Source: Eledone cirrhosa
Taxonomy: Eukaryota
Length of the DNA: 64,000 nt
Direction of reading: 5' to 3'
Assembly (NCBI GenBank): GCA_964016885.1
Contig: OZ024745.1
Coordinates: 60,016,001 to 60,080,000 of the forward strand
Each line of letters starts with the position of its first letter. Position 1 is the first letter of the stretch. The notes beneath the pieces are model-generated. The model was not told the DNA's origin, did not search any database, and saw only the letters and a program-made list of their open reading frames with translations. Below are positions 12,351-25,764 of this stretch, one piece after another. Both the position numbers and the translations under genes were made by a program.

Positions 12351-12749
12351 ACTTGCAGTGTAATGTACAACTTGGAGCATAATGTACAACTTGGAGCATA
12401 ATGTACGACTTGGAGCATAATGTACGACTTAGAGTGTAATGTAGGACTTAGAGTGTAATGTAGGACTTAGAGTGTAATGTAGGACTTAGAGTGTAATGTA
12501 GGACTTAGAGTGTAATGTAGGACTTGGAGCATAATGTAGGACTAGGAGCATAATGTACGACTTGGAGTGTAATGTAGGACTTGGAGTGTAATGTAGGACT
12601 TGGAGTGTAAACTGCGAGTTGAAATATAAATTGCGACTTGGATTGTAAACCTTGACTTGCAGTGTATTGAACAACTTGGGGTGTATACTGCGGCTTGGAG
12701 TGTAAACTGCGGCTCCGAATATAAACTACGACTTGCAGTGTCATATATG
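12351..12749. repeat. Cassette copy 6
   Basis: +2394 bp (126 monomers); starts ACTTGCAGTGTAATGTACA; first ACTAGG replaced by ACTTGG. Confidence 0.95.
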
Positions 12750-14041
12750 ACTCTGAGTGAAAACCTCGACTTGGGGTGAAAACCTCGACTTGGAGTGAGA
12801 ACCTCGACTTGGAGTGAGAACCTCGACTTGGAGTGAAAACCTCGACTTGGAGTGAGAACCTCGACTTGGAGTGAAAACCTCGACTTGGAGTGAAAACCTC
12901 GACTTGGAGTGAGAACCTCGACTTGGAGTGAGAACCTCGACTTGGAGTGAAAACCTCGACTTGGAGTGAAAACCTCGACTTGGAGTGAAAACCTCGACTT
13001 GGAGTGAAAACCTCGACTTGGAGTGAAAACCTCGACTTGGAGTGAGAACCTCGATTTGGAGTGAGAACCTCGACTTGGAGTGAGAACCTCGACTTGGAGT
13101 GAGAACCTCGATTTGGAGTGAGAACCTCGATTTGGAGTGAGAACCTCGACTTGGAGTGAAAACCTCGACTTGGAGTGAGAACCTCGACTTGGAGTGAAAA
13201 CCTCGACTTGGAGTGAAAACCTCGACTTGGAGTGAAAACCTCGACTTGGAGTGAAAACCTCGACTTGGAGTGAAAACCTCGACTTGGAGTGAGAACCTCG
13301 ACTTGGAGTGAAAACCTCGACTTGGAGTGAGAACCTCGACTTGGAGTGAAAACCTCGACTTGGAGTGAGAACCTCGACTTGGAGTGAAAACCTCGACTTG
13401 GAGTGAGAACCTCGACTTGGAGTGAAAATCTCGACTTGGAGTGAAAACCTCGACTTGGAGTGAAAACCTCGACTTGGAGTGAGAACCTCGACTTGGAGTG
13501 AGAACCTCGATTTGGAGTGAGAACCTCGACTTGGAGTGAGAACCTCGACTTGGAGTGAGAACCTCGACTTGGAGTGAGAACCTCGACTTGGAGTGAGAAC
13601 CTCGACTTGGAGTGAAAACCTCGACTTGGAGTGAGAACCTCGACTTGGAGTGAAAACCTCGACTTGGAGTGAGAACCTCGACTTGGAGTGAAAACCTCGA
13701 CTTGGAGTGAGAACCTCGACTTGGAGTGAGAACCTCGACTTGGAGTGAAAACCTCGACTTGGAGTGAGAACCTCGACTTGGAGTGAAAACCTCGACTTGG
13801 AGTGAGAACCTCGACTTGGAGTGAGAACCTCGACTTGGAGTGAAAACCTCGACTTGGAGTGAAAACCTCGACTTGGAGTGAAAACCTCGACTTGGAGTGA
13901 GAACCTCGACTTGGAGTGAAAACCTCGACTTGGAGTGAGAACCTCGACTTGGAGTGAAAACCTCGACTTGGAGTGAGAACCTCGACTTGGAGTGAAAACC
14001 TCGACTTGGAGTGTAAACTGCGACTTGGAGTGTAAACTGCG

Positions 14042-14440
14042 ACTTGGAGTGTAATGTACAACTTGGAGCATAATGTACAACTTGGAGCATAATGTACGAC
14101 TTGGAGCATAATGTACGACTTAGAGTGTAATGTAGGACTTAGAGTGTAATGTAGGACTTAGAGTGTAATGTAGGACTTAGAGTGTAATGTAGGACTTAGA
14201 GTGTAATGTAGGACTAGGAGCATAATGTAGGACTAGGAGCATAATGTACGACTTGGAGTGTAATGTAGGACTTGGAGTGTAATGTAGGACTTGGAGTGTA
14301 AACTGCGAGTTGAAATATAAATTGCGACTTGGATTGTAAACCTTGACTTGCAGTGTATTGAACAACTTGGGGTGTATACTGCGGCTTGGAGTGTAAACTG
14401 CGGCTCCGAATATAAACTACGACTTGCAGTGTCATATATG
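14042..14440. repeat. Cassette copy 7
   Basis: +1691 bp (89 monomers). Confidence 0.95.
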
Positions 14441-17214
14441 ACTCTGAGTGAAAACCTCGACTTGGAGTGAAAACCTCGACTTGGAGTGAGAACCTCGACT
14501 TGGAGTGAGAACCTCGACTTGGAGTGAGAACCTCGACTTGGAGTGAAAACCTCGACTTGGAGTGAAAACCTCGACTTGGAGTGAAAACCTCGACTTGGAG
14601 TGAAAACCTCGACTTGGAGTGAGAACCTCGACTTGGAGTGAAAACCTCGACTTGGAGTGAAAACCTCGACTTGGAGTGAGAACCTCGACTTGGAGTGAGA
14701 ACCTCGATTTGGAGTGAAAACCTCGACTTGGAGTGAGAACCTCGACTTGGAGTGAGAACCTCGACTTGGAGTGAGAACATCGACTTGGAGTGAGAACCTC
14801 GACTTGGAGTGAGAACCTCGACTTGGAGTGAGAACCTCGACTTGGAGTGAGAACCTCGACTTGGAGTGAGAACCTCGACTTGGAGTGAGAACCTCGACTT
14901 GGAGTGAAAACCTCGACTTGGAGTGAGAACCTCGACTTGGAGTGAGAACCTCGACTTGGAGTGAGAACCTCGACTTGGAGTGAAAACTTCGACTTGGAGT
15001 GAGAACCTCGACTTGGAGTGAGAACCTCGACTTGGAGTGAGAACCTCGACTTGGAGTGGAAACCTCGACTTGGAGTGAGAACCTCGACTTGGAGTGAGAA
15101 CCTCGACTTGGAGTGAGAACCTCGACTTGGAGTGAGAACCTCGACTTGGAGTGAAAACCTCGACTTGGAGTGAGAACCTCGACTTGGAGTGAAAACCTCG
15201 ACTTGGAGTGAGAACCTCGACTTGGAGTGAAAACCTCGACTTGGAGTGAGAACCTCGACTTGGAGTGAGAACCTCGACTTTGAGTGAAAACCTCGACTTG
15301 GAGAGAGAACCTCCACTTGGAGTGAGAACCTCGACTTTGAGTGAAAACCTCGACTTGGAGTGAGAACCTCGACTTTGAGTGAAAACCTCGACTTGGAGTG
15401 AGAACCTCGACTTGGAGTGAGAACCTCGACTTGGAGTGAGAACCTCGACTTGGAGTGGAAACCTCGACTTGGAGTGAGAACCTCGACTTGGAGTGAAAAC
15501 CTCGACTTGGAGTGAGAACCTCGACTTGGAGTGAAAACCTCGACTTGGAGTGAAAACCTCGACTTGGAGTGAAAACCTCGACTTGGAGTGAGAACCTCGA
15601 CTTGGAGTGAAAACCTCGACTTGGAGTGAGAACCTCGACTTGGAGTGAAAACCTCGACTTGGAGTGAGAACCTCGACTTGGAGTGAAAACCTCGACTTGG
15701 AGTGAGAACCTCGACTTGGAGTGAGAACCTCGACTTTGTGTGAAAACCTCGACTTGGAGAGAGAACCTCGACTTGGAGTGAGAACCTCGACTTTGAGTGA
15801 AAACCTCGACTTGGAGTGAGAACCTCGACTTTGAGTGAAAACCTCGACTTGGAGTGAGAACCTCGACTTGGAGTGAAAACCTCGACTTGGAGTGAAAACC
15901 TCGACTTGGAGTGAGAACCTCGACTTGGAGTGGAAACCTCGACTTGGAGTGAGAACCTCGACTTGGAGTGAAAACCTCGACTTGGAGTGAGAACCTCGAC
16001 TTGGAGTGAGAACCTCGACTTGGAGTGAGAACCTCGACTTGGAGTGAGAACCTCGACTTGGAGTGAGAACCTCGACTTGGAGTGAGAACCTCGACTTGGA
16101 GTGAAAACCTCGACTAGGAGTGAGAACCTCGACTTGGAGTGAGAACCTCGACTTGGAGTGAGAACCTCGACTTGGAGTGAGAACCTCGACTTGGAGTGAG
16201 AACCTCGACTTGCAGTGAAAACCTCGACTTGGAGTGAGAACCTCGACTTGCAGTGAAAACCTCGACTTGGAGTGAGAACCTCGACTTGCAGTGAAAACCT
16301 CGACTTGGAGTGAGAACCTCGACTTGGAGTGAAAACCTCGACTTGCAGTGAAAACCTCGACTTGGAGTGAGAACCTCGACTTGGAGTGAAAACCTCGACT
16401 TGGAGTGAAAACCTCGACTTGGAATGAAGACCTCGACTTGGAGTGAGAACCTCGACTTGGAGTGAGAACCTCGACTTGGAGTGAGAACCTCGACTTGGAG
16501 TGAGAACCTCGACTTGGAGTGTAAACTGCGACTCTGAGTGAAAACCTCGACGTGGAGTAAGAACCTCGACTTGGAGTGAAAACCTCGACTTGGAGTGAGA
16601 ACCTCGACTTGGAGTGAGAACCTCGACTTGGAGTGAAAACCTCGACTTGGAGTGAAAACCTCGACTTGGAGTGAAAACCTCGACTTGGAGTGAGAACCTC
16701 GACTTGGAGTGAAAACCTCAACTTGGAGTGAAAACCTCGACTTGGAGTGAGAACCTCGACTTGGAGTGAGAACCTCGACTTGGAGTGAGAACCTCGACTT
16801 GGAGTGTAAACTGCGACTCTGAGTGAAAACCTCGACTTGGAGTGAGAACCTCGACTTGGAGTGAAAACCTCGACTTGGAGTGAGAACCTCGACTTGGAGT
16901 CAGAACCTCGACTTGGAGTCAGAACCTCAACTTGGAGTCAGAACCTCGACTTGGAGTCAGAACCTCGACTTGGAGTCAGAACCTCGACTTGGAGTGAAAA
17001 CCTCGACTTGGAGTGAAAACCTCGACTTGGAGTGAGAACCTCGACTTGGAGTGAGAACCTCGACTTGGAGTGAAAACCTCGACTTGGAGTGAGAACCTCT
17101 ACTTGGAGTGAAAACCTCGACTTGGAGTGTAAACTGCGACTTGGAGTGAGAACCTCGACTTGGAGTGAAAACCTCGACTTGGAGTGTAAACTGCGACTTG
17201 GAGTGTAAACTGCG

Positions 17215-17613
17215 ACTTGGAGTGTAATGTACAACTTGGAGCATAATGTACAACTTGGAGCATAATGTACGACTTGGAGCATAATGTACGACTTAGAGTG
17301 TAATGTAGGACTTAGAGTGTAATGTAGGACTTAGAGTGTAATGTAGGACTTAGAGTGTAATGTAGGACTTAGAGTGTAATGTAGGACTAGGAGCATAATG
17401 TAGGACTAGGAGCATAATGTACGACTTGGAGTGTAATGTAGGACTTGGAGTGTAATGTAGGACTTGGAGTGTAAACTGCGAGTTGAAATATAAATTGCGA
17501 CTTGGATTGTAAACCTTGACTTGCAGTGTATTGAACAACTTGGGGTGTATACTGCGGCTTGGAGTGTAAACTGCGGCTCCGAATATAAACTACGACTTGC
17601 AGTGTCATATATG
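17215..17613. repeat. Cassette copy 8
   Basis: +3173 bp (167 monomers). Confidence 0.95.
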
Positions 17614-20600
17614 ACTCTGAGTGAAAACCTCGACTTGGAGTGAAAACCTCGACTTGGAGTGAGAACCTCGACTTGGAGTGAGAACCTCGACTTGGAGTGA
17701 AAACCTCGACTTGGAGTGAGAACCTCGACTTGGAGTGAAAACCTCGACTTGGAGTGAAAACCTCGACTTGGAGTGAGAACCTCGACTTGGAGTGAAAACC
17801 TCGACTTGGAGTGAGAACCTCGACTTGGAGTGAAAACCTCGACTTGGAGTGAAAACCTCGACTTGGAGTGAGAACCTCGACTTGGAGTGAGAACCTCGAC
17901 TTGGAGTGAGAACCTCGACTTGGAGTGAGAACCTCGACTTGGAGTGAGAACCTCGACTTGGAGTGAGAACCTCGACTTGGAGTGAGAACCTCGACTTGGA
18001 GTGAGAACCTCGACTTGGAGTGAAAACCTCGACTTGGAGTGAGAACCTCGACTTGGAGTGAGAACCTCGACTTGGAGTGAGAACCTCGACTTGGAGTGAA
18101 AACTTCGACTTGGAGTGAGAACCTCGACTTGGAGTGAGAACCTCGACTTGGAGTGAAAACTTCGACTTGGAGTGAGAACCTCGACTTGGAGTGAGAACCT
18201 CGACTTGGAGTGAGAACCTCGACTTGGAGTGAGAACCTCGACTTGGAGTGAGAACCTCGACTTGGAGTGAGAACCTCGACTTGGAGTGAGAACCTCGACT
18301 TGGAGTGAAAACCTCGACTTGGAGTGAGAACCTCGACTTGGAGTGAAAACCTCGACTTGGAGTGAGAACCTCGACTTGGAGTGAAAACCTCGACTTGGAG
18401 TGAGAACCTCGACTTGGAGTGAGAACCTCGACTTGGAGTGAGAACCTCGACTTGGAGTGAGAACCTCGACTTTGAGTGAAAACCTCGACTTGGAGAGAGA
18501 ACCTCCACTTGGAGTGAGAACCTCGACTTTGAATGAAAACCTCGACTTGGAGTGAGAACCTCGACTTTGAGTGAAAACCTCGACTTGGAGTGAGAACCTC
18601 GACTTGGAGTGAGAACCTCGACTTGGAGTGAGAACCTCGACTTGGAGTGGAAACCTCGACTTGGAGTGAGAACCTCGACTTGGAGTGAAAACCTCGACTT
18701 GGAGTGAGAACCTCGACTTGGAGTGAAAACCTCGACTTGGAGTGAAAACCTCGACTTGGAGTGAAAACCTCGACTTGGAGTGAGAACCTCGACTTGGAGT
18801 GAAAACCTCGACTTGGAGTGAGAACCTCGACTTGGAGTGAAAACCTCGACTTGGAGTGAGAACCTCGACTTGGAGTGAAAACCTCGACTTGGAGTGAGAA
18901 CCTCGACTTGGAGTGAGAACCTCGACTTTGAGTGAAAACCTCGACTTGGAGAGAGAACCTCGACTTGGAGTGAGAACCTCGACTTTGAGTGAAAACCTCG
19001 ACTTGGAGTGAGAACCTCGACTTTGAGTGAAAACCTCGACTTGGAGTGAGAACCTCGACTTGGAGTGAAAACCTCGACTTGGAGTGAAAACCTCGACTTG
19101 GAGTGAGAACCTCGACTTGGAGTGGAAACCTCGACTTGGAGTGAGAACCTCGACTTGGAGTGAAAACCTCGACTTGGAGTGAGAACCTCGACTTGGAGTG
19201 AGAACCTCGACTTGGAGTGAGAACCTCGACTTGGAGTGAGAACCTCGACTTGGAGTGAGAACCTCGACTTGGAGTGATAACCTCGACTTGGAGTGAGAAC
19301 CTCGACTTGGAGTGAGAACCACGACTTGGAGTGAAAACCTCGACTTGGAGTGAAAACCTCGACTTGGAGTGAAAACCTCGACTTGGAGTGAAAACCTCGA
19401 CTTGGAGTGAGAACCTCGACTTGGAGTGACAACCTCGACTTGGAGTGAAAACCTCGACTTGGAGTGAAAACCTCGACTTGGAGTGAAAACCTCGACTTGG
19501 AGTGAGAACCTCGACTTGGAGTGAGAACCTCGACTTGGAGTGAAAACCTCGACTTGGAGTGAGAACCTCGACTTGGAGTGAGAACCTCGACTTGGAGGGA
19601 AAACCTCGACTTGGAGTGAGAACCTCGACTTGGAGTGAGAACCTCGACTTGGAGTGAGAACCTCGACGTGGAGTGAGAACCTCGACTTGGAGTGAGAACC
19701 TCGACTTGGAGTGAAAACCTCGACTTGGAGTGAGAACCTCGACTTGGAGTGAAAACCTCGACTTGGAGTGAGAACCTCGACTTGGAGTGAGAACCTCGAC
19801 TTGGAGTGAAAACCTCGACTTGGAGTGAAAACCTCGACTTGGAGTGAAAACCTCGACTTGGAGTGAAAACCTCGACTAGGAGTGAGAACCTCGACTTGGA
19901 GTGAGAACCTCGACTTGGAGTGAGAACCTCGACTTGGAGTGAGAACCTCGACTTGGAGTGAGAACCTCGACTTGGAGTGAGAACCTCGACTTGCAGTGAA
20001 AACCTCGACTTGGAGTGAGAACCTCGACTTGCAGTGAAAACCTCGACTTGGAGTGAGAACCTCGACTTGCAGTGAAAACCTCGACTTGGAGTGAGAACCT
20101 CGACTTGGAGTGAAAACCTCGACTTGCAGTGAAAACCTCGACTTGGAGTGAGAACCTCGACTTGGAGTGAAAACCTCGACTTGGAGTGAAAACCTCGACT
20201 TGGAATGAAGACCTCGACTTGGAGTGAGAACCTCGACTTGGAGTGAGAACCTCGACTTGGAGTGAGAACCTCGACTTGGAGTGAGAACCTCGACTTGGAG
20301 TGAGAACCTCGACTTGGAGTGTAAACTGCGACTCTGAGTGAAAACCTCGACGTGGAGTGAGAACCTCGACTTGGAGTGAAAACCTCGACTTGGAGTGAGA
20401 ACCTCGACTTGGAGTGAGAACCTCGACTTGGAGTGAGAACCTCGACTTGGAGTGTAAACTGCGACTCTGAGTGAAAACCTCGACTTGGAGTGAGAACCTC
20501 GACTTGGAGTGAAAACCTCGACTTGGAGTGAGAACCTCGACTTGGAGTCAGAACCTCGACTTGGAGTCAGAACCTCGACTTGGAGTCAGAACCTCGACTT

Positions 20601-20938
20601 GGAGTCAGAACCTCGACTTGGAGTCAGAACCTCGACTTGGAGTGAAAACCTCGACTTGGAGTGAAAACCTCGACTTGGAGTGAGAACCTCGACTTGGAGT
20701 CAGAACCTCGACTTGGAGTGAAAACCTCGACTTGGAGTGAAAACCTCGACTTGGAGTGAGAACCTCGACTTGGAGTGAGAACCTCGACTTGGAGTGAAAA
20801 CCTCGACTTGGAGTGAGAACCTCTACTTGGAGTGAAAACCTCGACTTGGAGTGTAAACTGCGACTTGGAGTGAGAACCTCGACTTGGAGTGAAAACCTCG
20901 ACTTGGAGTGTAAACTGCGACTTGGAGTGTAAACTGCG

Positions 20939-21337
20939 ACTTGGAGTGTAATGTACAACTTGGAGCATAATGTACAACTTGGAGCATAATGTACGACTTG
21001 GAGCATAATGTACGACTTAGAGTGTAATGTAGGACTTAGAGTGTAATGTAGGACTTAGAGTGTAATGTAGGACTTAGAGTGTAATGTAGGACTTAGAGTG
21101 TAATGTAGGACTAGGAGCATAATGTAGGACTAGGAGCATAATGTACGACTTGGAGTGTAATGTAGGACTTGGAGTGTAATGTAGGACTTGGAGTGTAAAC
21201 TGCGAGTTGAAATATAAATTGCGACTTGGATTGTAAACCTTGACTTGCAGTGTATTGAACAACTTGGGGTGTATACTGCGGCTTGGAGTGTAAACTGCGG
21301 CTCCGAATATAAACTACGACTTGCAGTGTCATATATG
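20939..21337. repeat. Cassette copy 9
   Basis: +3724 bp (196 monomers). Confidence 0.95.
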
Positions 21338-22705
21338 ACTCTGAGTGAAAACCTCGACTTGGAGTGAAAACCTCGACTTGGAGTGAGAACCTCGACTTGG
21401 AGTGAGAACCTCGACTTGGAGTGAAAACCTCGACTTGGAGTGAGAACCTCGACTTGGAGTGAAAACCTCGACTTGGAGTGAAAACCTCGACTTGGAGTGA
21501 GAACCTCGACTTGGAGTGAAAATCTCGACTTGGAGTGAGAACCTCGACTTGGAGTGAAAACCTCGACTTGGAGTGAAAACCTCGACTTGGAGTGAGAACC
21601 TCGACTTGGAGTGAGAACCTCGATTTGGAGTGAAAACCTCGACTTGGAGTGAGAACCTCGACTTGCAGTGAAAACCTCGACTTGGAGTGAGAACCTCGAC
21701 TTGCAGTGAAAACCTCGACTTAGAGTGAGAACCTCGACTTGGAGTGAAAACCTCGACTTGCAGTGAAAACCTCGACTTGGAGTGAGAACCTCGACTTGGA
21801 GTGAAAACCTCGACTTGGAGTGAAAACCTCGACTTGGAATGAAGACCTCGACTTGGAGTGAGAACCTCGACTTGGAGTGAGAACCTCGACTTGGAGTGAG
21901 AACCTCGACTTGGAGTGAGAACCTCGACTTGGAGTGTAAACTGCGACTCTGAGTGAAAACCTCGACGTGGAGTGAGAACCTCGACTTGGAGTGAAAACCT
22001 CGACTTGGAGTGAGAACCTCGACTTGGAGTGAGAACCTCGACTTGGAGTGAAAACCTCGACTTGGAGTGAAAACCTCGACTTGGAGTGAAAACCTCGACT
22101 TGGAGTGAGAACCTCGACTTGGAGTGAAAACCTCGACTTGGAGTGAAAACCTCGACTTGGAGTGAGAACCTCGACTTGGAGTGAGAACCTCGACTTGGAG
22201 TGAGAACCTCGACTTGGAGTGTAAACTGCGACTCTGAGTGAAAACCTCGACTTGGAGTGAGAACCTCGACTTGGAGTGAAAACCTCGACTTGGAGTGAGA
22301 ACCTCGACTTGGAGTCAGAACCTCGACTTGGAGTCAGAACCTCGACTTGGAGTCAGAACCTCGACTTGGAGTCAGAACCTCGACTTGGAGTCAGAACCTC
22401 GACTTGGAGTGAAAACCTCGACTTGGAGTGAAAACCTCGACTTGGAGTGAGAACCTCGACTTGGAGTCAGAACCTCGACTTGGAGTGAAAACCTCGACTT
22501 GGAGTGAAAACCTCGACTTGGAGTGAGAACCTCGACTTGGAGTGAGAACCTCGACTTGGAGTGAAAACCTCGACTTGGAGTGAGAACCTCTACTTGGAGT
22601 GAAAACCTCGACTTGGAGTGTAAACTGCGACTTGGAGTGAGAACCTCGACTTGGAGTGAAAACCTCGACTTGGAGTGTAAACTGCGACTTGGAGTGTAAA
22701 CTGCG

Positions 22706-23104
22706 ACTTGGAGTGTAATGTACAACTTGGAGCATAATGTACAACTTGGAGCATAATGTACGACTTGGAGCATAATGTACGACTTAGAGTGTAATGTAGG
22801 ACTTAGAGTGTAATGTAGGACTTAGAGTGTAATGTAGGACTTAGAGTGTAATGTAGGACTTAGAGTGTAATGTAGGACTAGGAGCATAATGTAGGACTAG
22901 GAGCATAATGTACGACTTGGAGTGTAATGTAGGACTTGGAGTGTAATGTAGGACTTGGAGTGTAAACTGCGAGTTGAAATATAAATTGCGACTTGGATTG
23001 TAAACCTTGACTTGCAGTGTATTGAACAACTTGGGGTGTATACTGCGGCTTGGAGTGTAAACTGCGGCTCCGAATATAAACTACGACTTGCAGTGTCATA
23101 TATG
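22706..23104. repeat. Cassette copy 10
   Basis: +1767 bp (93 monomers). Confidence 0.95.
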
Positions 23105-25365
23105 ACTCTGAGTGAAAACCTCGACTTGGAGTGAAAACCTCGACTTGGAGTGAGAACCTCGACTTGGAGTGAGAACCTCGACTTGGAGTGAGAACCTCGA
23201 CTTGGAGTGAAAACCTCGACTTGGAGTGAAAACCTCGACTTGGAGTGAGAACCTCGACTTGGAGTGAAAATCTCGACTTGGAGTGAGAACCTCGACTTGG
23301 AGTGAAAACCTCGACTTGGAGTGAAAACCTCGACTTGGAGTGAGAACCTCGACTTGGAGTGAGAACCTCGATTTGGAGTGAAAACCTCGACTTGGAGTGA
23401 GAACCTCGACTTGGAGTGAGAACCTCGACTTGGAGTGAGAACCTCGACTTGGAGTGAAAACCTCGACTTGGATTGAGAACCTCGACTTGGAGTAAAAACC
23501 TCGACTTGGAGTGAGAACCTCGACTTGGAGTGAGAACCTCGACTTGGAGTGAGAACCTCGACTTGAAGTGAGAACCTCGACTTGGAGTGAGAACCTCGAC
23601 TTGGAGTGAAAACCTCGACTTGGAGTGAAAACTTCGACTTGGAGTGAGAACCTCGACTTGGAGTGAGAACCTCGACTTGGAGTGAGAACCTCGACTTGGA
23701 GTGAGAACCTCGACTTGGAGTGATAACCTCGACTTGGAGTGAGAACCTCGACTTGGAGTGAGAACCTCGACTTGGAGTGAAAACCTCGACTTGGAGTGAG
23801 AACCTCGACTTGGAGTGAAAACCTCGACTTGGAGTGAGAACCTCGACTTGGAGTGAAAACCTCGACTTGGAGTGAGAACCTCGACTTGGAGTGAAAACCT
23901 CGACTTGGAGTGAGAACCTCGACTTGGAGTGAGAACCTCGACTTTGAGTGAAAACCTCGACTTGGAGAGAGAACCTCGACTTGGAGTGAAAACCTCGACT
24001 TTGAGTGAAAACCTCGACTTGGAGTGAGAACCTCGACTTTGAGTGAGAACCTCGACTTGGAGTGAGAACCTCGACTTGGAGTGAGAACCTCGACTTGGAG
24101 TGAGAACCTCGACTTGGAGTGAGAACCTCGACTTGGAGTGAGAACCTCGACTTGGAGTGAGAACCTCGACTTGGAGTGAGAACCTCGACTTGGAGTGAAA
24201 ACCTCGACTTGGAGTGAGAACCTCGACTTGGAGTGAAAACCTCGACTTGGAGTGAGAACCTCGACTTGGAGTGAAAACCTCGACTTGGAGTGAGAACCTC
24301 GACTTGGAGTGAAAACCTCGACTTGGAGTGAGAACCTCGACTTGGAGTGAAAACCTCGACTTGGAGTGAGAACCTCGACTTGGAGTGAAAACCTCGACTT
24401 GGAGTGAGAACCTCGACTTGGAGTGAGAACCTCGACTTTGAGTGAAAACCTCGACTTGGAGAGAGAACCTCGACTTGGAGTGAGAACCTCGACTTGGAGT
24501 GAGAACCTCGACTTTGAGTGAAAACCTCGACTTGGAGAGAGAACCTCGACTTGGAGAGAGAACCTCGACTTGGAGTGAAAACCTCGACTTGGAGTGGAAA
24601 CCTCGACTTGGAGTGAAAACCTCGACTTGGAGTGAGAACCTCGACTTGGAGTGAGAACCTCGACTTGGAGTGAGAACCTCGACTTGGAGTGAAAACCTCG
24701 ACTTGGAGTGAAAACCTCGACTTGGAGTGAAAACCTCGACTTGGAGTGAGAACCTCGACTTGGAGTGAGAACCTCGACTTGGAGTGACAACCTCGACTTG
24801 GAGTGGAAACCTCGACTTGGAGTGAAAACCTCGACTTGGAGTGAATACCTCGACTTGGAATGAGAACCTCGACTTGGAGTGAGAACCTCGACTTGGAGTG
24901 AAAACCTCGACTTGGAGTGAGAACCTTGACTTGGAGTGAGAACCTCGACTTGGAGTGAAAACCTCGACTTGGAGTGAGAACCTCGACTTGGAGTGAGAAC
25001 CTCGACTTGGAGTGAGAACCTCGACGTGGAGTGAGAACCTCGACTTGGAGTGAGAACCTCGACTTGGAGTGAAAACCTCGACTTGGAGTGAGAACCTCGA
25101 CTTGGAGTGAAAACCTCGACTTGGTGTGAGAACCTCGACTTGGAGTGAGAACCTCGACTTGGAGTGAAAACCTCGACTTGGAGTGAAAACCTCGACTTGG
25201 AGTGAAAACCTCGACTTGGAGTGAAAACCTCGACTTGGAGTGAGAACCTCTACTTGGAGTGAAAACCTCGACTTGGAGTGTAAACTGCGACTTGGAGTGA
25301 GAACCTCGACTTGGAGTGAAAACCTCGACTTGGAGTGTAAACTGCGACTTGGAGTGTAAACTGCG

Positions 25366-25764
25366 ACTTGGAGTGTAATGTACAACTTGGAGCATAATGT
25401 ACAACTTGGAGCATAATGTACGACTTGGAGCATAATGTACGACTTAGAGTGTAATGTAGGACTTAGAGTGTAATGTAGGACTTTGAGTGTAATGTAGGAC
25501 TTAGAGTGTAATGTAGGACTTAGAGTGTAATGTAGGACTAGGAGCATAATGTAGGACTAGGAGCATAATGTACGACTTGGAGTGTAATGTAGGACTTGGA
25601 GTGTAATGTAGGACTTGGAGTGTAAACTGCGAGTTGAAATATAAATTGCGACTTGGATTGTAAACCTTGACTTGCAGTGTATTGAACAACTTGGGGTGTA
25701 TACTGCGGCTTGGAGTGTAAACTGCGGCTCCGAATATAAACTACGACTTGCAGTGTCATATATG
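25366..25764. repeat. Cassette copy 11
   Basis: +2660 bp (140 monomers); one TTAGAG changed to TTTGAG near 25482. Confidence 0.95.
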
